A stretch of DNA of 27,072 nucleotides from Eledone cirrhosa (Eukaryota), in assembly GCA_964016885.1 (NCBI GenBank), contig CAXHJY010000101.1, positions 1 through 27,072 on the forward strand. The letters run 5' to 3'. A program made the translations under genes and the position numbers. Below are positions 15,914 through 27,072 of the stretch, piece by piece. Below the pieces are notes generated by a model. That model ran no database searches and was not told the origin of the DNA. It was given only the letters and a program-made list of their open reading frames with translations. Each line of letters opens with the position of its first letter. The first letter of the stretch is position 1.

Positions 15914-15971
15914 ATACCTGATGATATCACCGGATTCATACGGAACCCGGTCATTGAAATGATCATAGTAT
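15914..15971 (+). ncRNA. Type I hammerhead ribozyme motif
   Basis: ATAC-CTGATGA-stem II (ACCGG/CCGGT plus extension)-GAAA-TGATCA-TA-GTAT. Canonical core, palindromic stem III, AUA triplet ending at 15967. Confidence 0.8.
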
Positions 15972-16028
15972 AATAAACCTTTCAAGGATTTACACAAATC
16001 CAGCCTCCTGTCATTTCATTATTATATT

Positions 16029-16092
<64 letters not shown>

Positions 16093-16102
16093 TATATATA
16101 TT

Positions 16103-16394
<292 letters not shown>

Positions 16395-16397
16395 ATA

Positions 16398-17282
16398 AGC
16401 TTCTGCTACCTAGGTGACCGAATTAGCAACGGAGGTGGGTGCTCAGAAAGTACAATAACTAGGGTAAGAACGGGATGGAAGAAGTTTAGGGAACTACTAC
16501 CACTGCTAGCTGCAAAAGGCTTCTCCCTCAGAATGAAAGGCAGACTGTATGATGCGTGTATCCGAACAGCGATGTTGCATGGTAGTGAGACCTGGGCGCT
16601 GAAGGTGGAAGACTTACGTAGATTAGAGAGAAACGAAGCCTGCATGCTCCGATGGATGTGTAACAGTAATATACGTGAACGACAAAGCATAAATGAATTG
16701 AGAGAGAGACTGAGCATAAGAGGAATCAAATGCTGCGTGCAGGAGAGGCGGTTACGCTGGTATGGACATGTGATGCGTATGAAGGATGACAGCTGCATAA
16801 AAAGGTGCAGAGCACTAGAAGTTGATGGAAACCGCGGAGTGGGGAGACCCAAGATGACTTGGGATGAGGTGATAAAAGCCGACCTTACCCAACTACACCT
16901 CTCAAAGTCAATGACACACGACCGTGACTTCTGGCGTCACGCAGTAATACAGGGTACCCGACCTCCCATGGGTACATGCTGAAGCATATAAACAATATGC
17001 CCCCCCCCCCCACCGCAAGGTGGTCGTGGAGGTGCCACGGCAAAAAAGCACCCAGCCCACACTGTAAAGTGGACGTGTAGGCGCCACGAAAAAGCACCCA
17101 GCACTCACTGTAAATGAGGTTGGTGTTAGGAAGGGCATCCAGCTGTAGAAATCAAGCCAGATCAGTTCCTGTATGAGCAAGGCATGGTCAGCCGACCAGA
17201 CACTGCCCACAACAGGACAACCCGTCTAACCCATGCTAGCGTGGAAGAACGGACGTAAAACGGTGATGATGATGATGATGAT
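16398..17282 (+). mobile_element. RTE-type LINE, 5'-truncated copy
   Basis: Near-identical to the reverse complement of 17777-18664. ORF C-terminus to 16982, then 3'UTR and (TGA)n tail. Confidence 0.95.
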
Positions 17283-17295
17283 ATATATATATATT

Positions 17296-17418
<123 letters not shown>

Positions 17419-17449
17419 ATTTATATATATATATATTTATATATATATA

Positions 17450-17500
<51 letters not shown>

Positions 17501-17776
17501 ATTTATATATATATATATTTATATATATATATATTTATATATATGTAGATAAATCTACCAAGAGTTTACGGTAGTGTCCAATCCGTATGAAGAACTCAAT
17601 GTATTCCGGATATCATGGAAAGAAGAGATGTAATGAAAAATCACTTTCGGTGAAAGATAAACGGTATACAGAGTCAAGATAAAATATTAAACAAATAATG
17701 AATAAACAATTCCTTATATTAAACAAAAAAAGTTCATTATTTAACGATCGTTTCTAGGATATATATGTGTTATAAT

Positions 17777-20700
17777 TCATCATCATCATCATCATCACCG
17801 TTTTACGTCCGTTCTTCCACGCTAGCATGGGTTAGACGGGTTGTCCTGTTGTGGGCAGTGTCTGGTCGGCTGACCATGCCTTGCTCATACAGGAACTGAT
17901 CTGGCTTGATTTCTACAGCTGGATGCCCTTCCTAACACCAACCTCATTTACAGTGAGTGCTGGGTGCTTTTTCGTGGCGCCTACACGTCCACTTTACAGT
18001 GTGGGCTGGGTGCTTTTTTGCCGTGGCACCTCCACGGCCACTTTGCGGTGGAGGGGGGGGGGGGCATATTGTTTATATGCTTCAGCATGTACCCATGGGA
18101 GGTCGGGTACCCTGTATTACTGCGTGACGCCAGAAGTCACGGTCGTGTGTCATTGACTTTGAGAGGTGTAGTTGGGTAAGGTCGGCTTTTATCACCTCAT
18201 CCCAAGTCATCTTGGGTCTCCCCACTCCGCGGTTTCCATCAACTTCTAGTGCTCTGCACCTTTTTATGCAGCTGTCATCCTTCATACGCATCACATGTCC
18301 ATACCAGCGTAACCGCCTCTCCTGCACGCAGCATTTGATTCCTCTTATGCTCAGTCTCTCTCTCAATTCCTTTATGCTTTGTCGTTCATGTATATTACTG
18401 TTACACATCCATCGGAGCATGCAGGCTTCGTTTCTCTCTAATCTACGTAAGTCTTCCATCTTCAGCGCCCAGGTCTCACTACCATGCAACATCGCTGTTC
18501 GGATACACGCATCATACAGTCTGCCTTTCATTCTGAGGGAGAAGCCTTTTGCAGCTAGCAGTGGTAGTAGTTCCCTAAACTTCTTCCATCCCGTTCTTAC
18601 CCTAGTTATTGTACTTTCTGAGCACCCACCTCCGTTGCTAATTCGGTCACCTAGGTAGCAGAAGCTGTCTACTGTTTCTACAGGGCCCTCCCAGAGATTG
18701 GTGGTACTTGTTTCCTGTGGCTGTTTGCTGCTTGCTGTTTCAGCACAGCTGCTGCATGTGAATCCTACATTCTTAATTAAGCTTCCTGAGATCCCGCTAC
18801 ATCTCTTGTGTACCCATTGTTTGCATTTGGGGCAGAGAATGGAGTTTCTACCTACACCTTTCCTACATACTGAGCAAGGCCATTTCCCTGAGGGGATCTG
18901 GGTTCTGTTTTCTCGTCTACTTACAAGGACCTTAGTCTTTGTCATGTTGACTTTGAGACCCTTTCTCTCTAGTCCCTGCTTCCAGATTTGGAATTTATTC
19001 TCTAGTTCTACCATAGATTCAGCTATGAGTGCGAGGTCATCAGCATACAGGAGTTCCCATGGGCATCCGGTCTTAAACTCCTCCGTTATTGCCTGCAGGA
19101 CTATGATGAACAGGAGAGGGCTAAGAACAGAGCCCTGGTGGACCCCAACCTGTACGCTAAATTCCTCGCTATACTCATTGCCAATCCTAACTTTGCTGAC
19201 TGCTCCCCTATACATGGCTTGTACCGCTTTCACAAGCCATTCATCTACTCCTAGTTTTCTAAGAGCCCACCAGATTACTGCACGTGGAACTCTGTCAAAG
19301 GCTTTCTCAAGGTCGACAAATGCCAAGTAGAGTGGCTTACTTTTAGCTAGGTACTTTTCATGTAATTGCCTCACAAGGAAGAGGGCATCAGTGGTGCCTT
19401 TCCCTGGTACAAACCCAAATTGCATCTCGTCTATATTCACCCGGTCCCTAATCAGCTGTGCTATAACTCTTTCTGTTACTTTCATGACCTGGTCCATCAA
19501 CTTTATACCTCTATAGTTTCCTCTATCTAGTGCATCGCCTTTACCTTTGTAGCAGTTGACAATGATGCTACTGCACCAATCTTTTGGTATGGCCCCCTCT
19601 AGTATTACCTGGTTAACGATACGTGTGGTTATAGTGTGACCTACAGACCCAGATGCCTTCAGCATCTCGGCAGCTATACCCGATGGACCGGTTGCCTTCC
19701 CTATCTTCATATCTCTGATTGCCTTACTTACTACGCTGCCGCTGACTTGTACTGCTGGTCCCTCTATAGGGTCTACGTGGGGTAGGGTCTCTTCTTCCCA
19801 TGCATTCTCCTCATTTAGTAATCTATCATAATGACTCTTCCATGCATCTTTCTTCTCAGCACTTGTGAGGGCAAGCTCACCTTTATCATTCCGGATACAC
19901 TTCTCTCCAATGACATCACAACTATCTCTGACACACTGCCTCGCAATCTTGAATACCTCCTGTTTCTGGTCCTCACGTTGTAAAACATGCTTGAATTTTC
20001 TATCCTCTGCTTCCCTCCTAGCTAAGTATACTTGTCGCCTAGCTTCCCTCTTGGTCTCTATGTAATGTACACTGCTCCCCCCGTTCTTCCATTCTTTCCA
20101 TGCCTGTCTCTTGGCCTTGACTGCTTCATCTACCTTATTGTTCCACCACCAAGTCACTCTCCTCCTGCTTGAGGTCTTACTCCAGCCACAAACCTCATCC
20201 GTCGCCTCTAGTAAGTTATTTTTTAGGAACTCCCAGTTCTCTTCTACGTTAAATGTCTCTATCTGTTCTTCTTTACTGTCGTAGGCGTTGAGTAAAATAT
20301 CTTTAAATCTGTTACTGGTTGAGGGGACTTTCAGCTTCCAGATCTTTCTTCTCCAGGTTGGCCTCTGTTTCAGGGCTTGTCTAGTTCTGACCGTGAGGTC
20401 GCTGACAACTAAGCTATGTTGGGATGTACATTCCTCACTAGGGAAGGCTTTTGTGTTTACGACCGTCCATCTGTCACGTCCTCTGATGAGGATAAAATCT
20501 AACTGACTAGAGTGCTCCCCTGATCTATAGGTGATCAGGTGGTTGTCGGGTTTTTTAAAGTTTGTGTTACATATCGACATGTCATTGGCGTCGCAGAATT
20601 CTAGAAGTCTGAATCCTTCCTCATTCCTTGTGCCAACTCCATGGCCTCCATGTACTCTATTGAAGCCGTCGCAGTGTTTACCTACGTGTCCGTTAAAATC

Positions 20701-21370
20701 TCCTGCAATGATTAGGAAGTCCTTGTCGTCTGTTAGAGCAGTAGTGTGTATTAGGGACTCGTAAAACCTATCCTTAAGTTCGTCTGGCAGCCCCGATTGG
20801 GGTGCGTAAGCTGATATTATTGTGGTAATTGTCTTATTCAGGACTAGTCTAAGTTTAATGATTCTTGCATTTACCCTGTACACTGAGATTACTTTATCTA
20901 CCCACTTGTCAGCTAATAGTATACCTACACCACCCATCCCATCGTCATTTCCCACCCAGAAAAATTTGTAGCACTGGCTTTTTCCTACAAGGACTCTAGC
21001 AGACCCTCCTCTCCATCTAGTCTCTTGCACACAGCATACATCAACTTCCTTTCGCTCTAGCATTTCTACGATTTCTCCTGCTCTTCCTTTCATTGAGCCT
21101 ACATTGATGGTACCAACTCGGAGTTTTGGGCATTTGTCGACACTCGTAGGGGAGGGTCTCTGGGTTGGCGCTTCACGTGGGTGCTTGGTAGCTCGCAGAT
21201 TCATATTTCATCTATTGATTCAGAGTTGCTCGTGTATTCCCAGCTCATCCATCCATAACGGTGGGAAAATTGAGGGCTAGAAGAACAGTGGTGGTGGGGT
21301 AATGGCAGGGTGTGTTGGGATGCGCCAGAGGAGGAGAGAGTTAGTTAGGCAGGTAGTAGCAGCAGCTACT
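17777..21370 (-). mobile_element. RTE-type non-LTR retrotransposon, near full length
   Basis: Single APE-RT ORF, ~165-nt leader, ~300-nt 3'UTR with a (TGA)n tail. Confidence 0.95.
18082..21204 (-). CDS. LINE ORF: AP-endonuclease + reverse transcriptase + Cys-rich (PHD-like) finger, 1040 aa
   Basis: APE motifs INVGS, VQETRW, AYAPQ, GDFNGH, QLDFIL. RT motifs NYRGIKL, QFGF, FVDLEKAFD, GVHQGSVLSP, YADD. Also CSVC..CPKC..H..C..CSSC and RTE-like RLRWYGHV / GRPKMTW. No stops. Confidence 0.96.
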   Translation of the reverse strand: MNLRATKHPREAPTQRPSPTSVDKCPKLRVGTINVGSMKGRAGEIVEMLERKEVDVCCVQETRWRGGSARVLVGKSQCYKFFWVGNDDGMGGVGILLADKWVDKVISVYRVNARIIKLRLVLNKTITTIISAYAPQSGLPDELKDRFYESLIHTTALTDDKDFLIIAGDFNGHVGKHCDGFNRVHGGHGVGTRNEEGFRLLEFCDANDMSICNTNFKKPDNHLITYRSGEHSSQLDFILIRGRDRWTVVNTKAFPSEECTSQHSLVVSDLTVRTRQALKQRPTWRRKIWKLKVPSTSNRFKDILLNAYDSKEEQIETFNVEENWEFLKNNLLEATDEVCGWSKTSSRRRVTWWWNNKVDEAVKAKRQAWKEWKNGGSSVHYIETKREARRQVYLARREAEDRKFKHVLQREDQKQEVFKIARQCVRDSCDVIGEKCIRNDKGELALTSAEKKDAWKSHYDRLLNEENAWEEETLPHVDPIEGPAVQVSGSVVSKAIRDMKIGKATGPSGIAAEMLKASGSVGHTITTRIVNQVILEGAIPKDWCSSIIVNCYKGKGDALDRGNYRGIKLMDQVMKVTERVIAQLIRDRVNIDEMQFGFVPGKGTTDALFLVRQLHEKYLAKSKPLYLAFVDLEKAFDRVPRAVIWWALRKLGVDEWLVKAVQAMYRGAVSKVRIGNEYSEEFSVQVGVHQGSVLSPLLFIIVLQAITEEFKTGCPWELLYADDLALIAESMVELENKFQIWKQGLERKGLKVNMTKTKVLVSRRENRTQIPSGKWPCSVCRKGVGRNSILCPKCKQWVHKRCSGISGSLIKNVGFTCSSCAETASSKQPQETSTTNLWEGPVETVDSFCYLGDRISNGGGCSESTITRVRTGWKKFRELLPLLAAKGFSLRMKGRLYDACIRTAMLHGSETWALKMEDLRRLERNEACMLRWMCNSNIHERQSIKELRERLSIRGIKCCVQERRLRWYGHVMRMKDDSCIKRCRALEVDGNRGVGRPKMTWDEVIKADLTQLHLSKSMTHDRDFWRHAVIQGTRPPMGTC

Positions 21371-21421
21371 ATATATATATATTTATATATATATAAATAT
21401 ATATATATATTTATATATATA

Positions 21422-21802
<381 letters not shown>

Positions 21803-21823
21803 ATATATATATAAATATATATA

Positions 21824-21878
<55 letters not shown>

Positions 21879-22016
21879 TGTTATACTTTGGGAGGGTCAT
21901 GTTGCCAATAAGAAACACACGCACCAGTTGCTTTCACTTCAATTTATTATATATTTATAAATTTATAAATTTCTGGTTGGTTGGTTGGTTCCACAACCAG
22001 ATAGTTGTTTATATAT

Positions 22017-22060
22017 AGTCATAGTTCTTTCGTCACACACCTGTGACCTCTTCAGTGACT
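22017..22060 (-). ncRNA. Minimal hammerhead ribozyme
   Basis: AGTCA-CTGAAGA-G-GTCACA-ggtg-TGTGAC-GAAA-GAAC-TA-TGACT. 5-bp stem I, 6-bp stem II, minimal stem III, CUA triplet. Confidence 0.78.
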
Positions 22061-22260
22061 GGGGATTCCTTTCTTTGTTTCTATGCCTCTCCTTTGTTCT
22101 GTCCTACGCCATTTTGTTTCTGTGTGTGTGTTGTGTGCTCAGTCTGCGCATGCACCACATCCGGGTGTCTGTGTGTGTTTATGTTCATTTATTTATTTGT
22201 TTATTTACATGTTACTGGTTGGTTGTTTGTTCTGTGTGTGTGTGTTTTTTCATTTTGTCC

Positions 22261-22923
22261 TTAATTGTAAGTTGTGATGTTGCTGTTCCACTCATATTTT
22301 CTATTTAATTTTGGTTGTAATTCTTTTATGTTTATTGCCTCTGTAATTTGTCTAAACCTTGCGTCTTTTCTGTGTGTAGATTCTATTTTTATTTCTATGT
22401 TCTCTAATTTACCCTTGTGTTCTATTTTAGCATGTTGGTAGAGTACAGATGATTCTTTATTATCTTGAAGGTCTCGCCAGTGTTCATTTATCCGTTCCCC
22501 TACACTACGAGCTGTCTCACCTATGTACACTATATTTTTGTCTCTACATTGTCCTTCAGTACATCTTATGCTATACACTACATTTCTAGTTTTACAGTTA
22601 ATATGGGGGCTTATTTTACAGGTTATACATTTCTTATCTATACATGAGGGTCTTTGAAAAGGGTATGTCTTGCTAATAAGTGTTTTTACGGAGGTACCTG
22701 GTCTTTCTACTATCTTAATATTGAGTTTATGTTTATTTAGGGCCCTTCTAAATTTGTAAGCTAATTCACATCTAGGGGTTGTATCGATGAACATTACACT
22801 CTGGTATTTATTGCTATCATACCATGAGTTTATTCTATTAGCCTTGTTCCTAGTTCTTTCTATTCTATTCCAAAATTTGCTCCTATACAAGGGGCAGGTC
22901 CCATTTATGTCATTATTTACCAT
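22261..22923 (-). pseudogene. PLE linker + GIY-YIG endonuclease fragment (220 aa, open frame, RT missing)
   Basis: PLYRSKFW, CIDKKCITC, VVYSIRC...YIGETARSVGERINEH, RQITEA...PKLNRKYEW; paralog of 3971-4696. Confidence 0.9.
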
Positions 22924-23702
22924 TTTTTCCCATTTGGTTACAATCAGAGAGATAAAATCAGAGTGTATAGAGGAGCCAAGACAGAACCACGTTTATGGTA
23001 TAATAGAGGTCGTAGGTTCGTACGTATGGTGGGTGTGTGTATATGTGTACTTCTTGTTTTAGTTGACTTACGTCTCCGAACATTCGTGTATTTATTTGTA
23101 GGTATGTGTGTGCGCTTGTTATATACGTATTTATTTACTTATATACGTTTATATAATTATTTATTAATTTATTTGTACACAAGCATACACACACACACAT
23201 ATTTATATGTGCATGGTTTTGTATACCTATGGTAAGGTTTTGCGAATGCTTGTGTATGTACGTATCTGTTTGCGTGTATGTATTTATTTGTTTCTATTAC
23301 TTCTGTATTGTATTTATTTACTTTGTTCTTAACTCTGTAGCGGAGATTCATTTGGTCTCCTAGTTAGAATTTTAGTCTACAACTTCTGCTTTACCTTTTA
23401 CGTGGTTTTGTCTTTCCGTGCTATTGTTCTCCACGCTCCACACATGACGTATTATCTTCGTTTTTTTCGTTCATCGCCAGAGAACGTCTCTATGCACCAC
23501 CTAAGAGAACATTAGTATACGACCTCTAGTATACCATAAACGTGGTTCTGTCTTTGCGCGTAATTGTTTTTCACCGCTCCTATTAATGACGTATTATTCG
23601 TTTTTTCCCGTTCTTAGCCAGCGAACGTTTCCACGAACCAAAGTATCGTCTTCCTGTCTTCCTCCGGTTGCAACGTTTTTTGAAATATCCAGTTCTGCGT
23701 TT

Positions 23703-23778
23703 ACAGATTGACTTTGTTAGTTTCAGAAGATCCCGTTAAGGGTGAAAGCAGTGATTCTTTGCTTAAACTTTAATCTGT
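23703..23778 (+). ncRNA. Type I hammerhead-like motif (CAGAAGA core variant)
   Basis: ACAGATTGA/TTAATCTGT distal stem, 7-nt bulge, AGTTT/AAACT stem I, CAGAAGA, CCC-gttaa-GGG, GAAA, AGCA/TGCT stem III, CUU triplet ending at 23764. Confidence 0.68.
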
Positions 23779-23786
23779 TATTTTAA

Positions 23787-25457
<1,671 letters not shown>

Positions 25458-27072
25458 GTGTCGACAAATGCCCAAAACTCCGAGTTGGTACCATCAATGT
25501 AGGCTCAATGAAAGGAAGAGCAGGAGAAATCGTAGAAATGCTAGAGCGAAAGGAAGTTGATGTATGCTGTGTGCAAGAGACTAGATGGAGAGGAGGGTCT
25601 GCTAGAGTCCTTGTAGGAAAAAGCCAGTGCTACAAATTTTTCTGGGTGGGAAATGACGATGGGATGGGTGGTGTAGGTATACTATTAGCTGACAAGTGGG
25701 TAGATAAAGTAATCTCAGTGTACAGGGTAAATGCAAGAATCATTAAACTTAGACTAGTCCTGAATAAGACAATTACCACAATAATATCAGCTTACGCACC
25801 CCAATCGGGGCTGCCAGACGAACTTAAGGATAGGTTTTACGAGTCCCTAATACACACTACTGCTCTAACAGACGACAAGGACTTCCTAATCATTGCAGGA
25901 GATTTTAACGGACACGTAGGTAAACACTGCGACGGCTTCAATAGAGTACATGGAGGCCATGGAGTTGGCACAAGGAATGAGGAAGGATTCAGACTTCTAG
26001 AATTCTGCGACGCCAATGACATGTCGATATGTAACACAAACTTTAAAAAACCCGACAACCACCTGATCACCTATAGATCAGGGGAGCACTCTAGTCAGTT
26101 AGATTTTATCCTCATCAGAGCACGTGACAGATGGACGGTCGTAAACACAAAAGCCTTCCCTAGTGAGGAATGTACATCCCAACATAGCTTAGTTGTCAGC
26201 GACCTCACGGTCAGAACTAGACGAGCCCTGAAACAGAGGCCAACCTGGAGAAGAAAGATCTGGAAGCTGAAAGTCCCCTCAACCAGTAACAGATTTAAAG
26301 ATATTTTACTCAACGCCTACGACAGTAAAGAAGAACAGATAGAGACATTTAACGTAGAAGAGAACTGGGAGTTCCTAAAAAATAACTTACTAGAGGCGAC
26401 GGATGAGGTTTGTGGCTGGAGTAAGACCTCAAGCAGGAGGAGAGTGACTTGGTGGTGGAACAATAAGGTAGATGAAGCAGTCAAGGCCAAGAGACAGGCA
26501 TGGAAAGAATGGAAGAACGGGGGGAGCAGGGTACATTACATAGAGACCAAGAGGGAAGCTAGGCGACAAGTATACTTAGCTAGGAGGGAAGCAGAGGATA
26601 GAAAATTCAAGCATGTTTTACAACGTGAGGACCAGAAACAGGAGGTATTCAAGATTGCGAGGCAGTGTGTCAGAGATAGTTGTGATGTCATTGGAGAGAA
26701 GTGTATCCGGAATGATAAAGGTGAGCTTGCCCTCACAAGTGCTGAGAAGAAAGATGCATGGAAGAGTCATTATGATAGATTACTAAATGAGGAGAATGCA
26801 TGGGAAGAAGAGACCCTACCCCACGTAGACCCTATAGAGGGACCAGCAGTACAAGTCAGCAGCAGTGTAGTAAGTAAGGCAATCAGAGATATGAAGATAG
26901 GGAAGGCAACCGGTCCATCGGGTATAGCTGCCGAGATGCTGAAGGCATCTGGGTCTGTAGGTCACACTATAACCACACGTATCGTTAACCAGGTAATACT
27001 AGAGGGGGCCATACCAAAAGATTGGTGCAGTAGCATCATTGTCAACTGCTACAAAGGTAAAGGCGATGCACT
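25458..27072 (+). mobile_element. RTE-type LINE, third copy, slightly 5'-truncated, runs off window
   Basis: Near-identical to the reverse complement of ~19525-21143. The frame from 25460 ([15 protein letters not shown]...) appears open to the window end but lacks the ATG and first ~21 codons. Confidence 0.95.

Larger units (their letters stand above)
21877..22923 (-). mobile_element. Penelope-like element, 5'-truncated, related second family
   Basis: GIY-YIG ORF, HHR at 22017-22060, and a terminal motif shared with the first family. Confidence 0.9.

Noticed and set aside
18212-20764. Plus-strand ORFs over the LINE (and minus-strand ORFs at 16406-17210 and 25837-26736)
   Set aside because: Antisense shadows of the LINE ORF and 3'UTR.
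21205-21370. HDV-like ribozyme in the RTE 5' leader
   Set aside because: Known from some RTEs, but I could not build the nested double pseudoknot by eye; the leader may be truncated.

Overview
Repeat-only eukaryotic (metazoan) DNA with no host gene. A mollusc or cephalopod origin is inferred from the SINE/RTE types, not proven. Long degenerate (TA)n tracts alternate with retroelement insertions: three near-identical RTE-type LINE copies (one with an intact 1040-aa APE+RT ORF), two tRNA-derived SINEs carrying that LINE's 3' tail, and several 5'-truncated Penelope-like elements (PLEs; RT/GIY-YIG fragments). The main signal is an abundance of hammerhead-ribozyme (HHR)-like motifs in about 6 different sequence contexts. 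The clearest case is a non-coding ~310-bp tandem array (10508-13114) in which every unit carries a type I HHR, i.e. a candidate non-LTR retrozyme/circRNA locus. Most PLE/HHR-bearing inserts consist of two divergent arms whose 3' ends face outward into (TA)n. All RNA folds were derived by eye and are untested.
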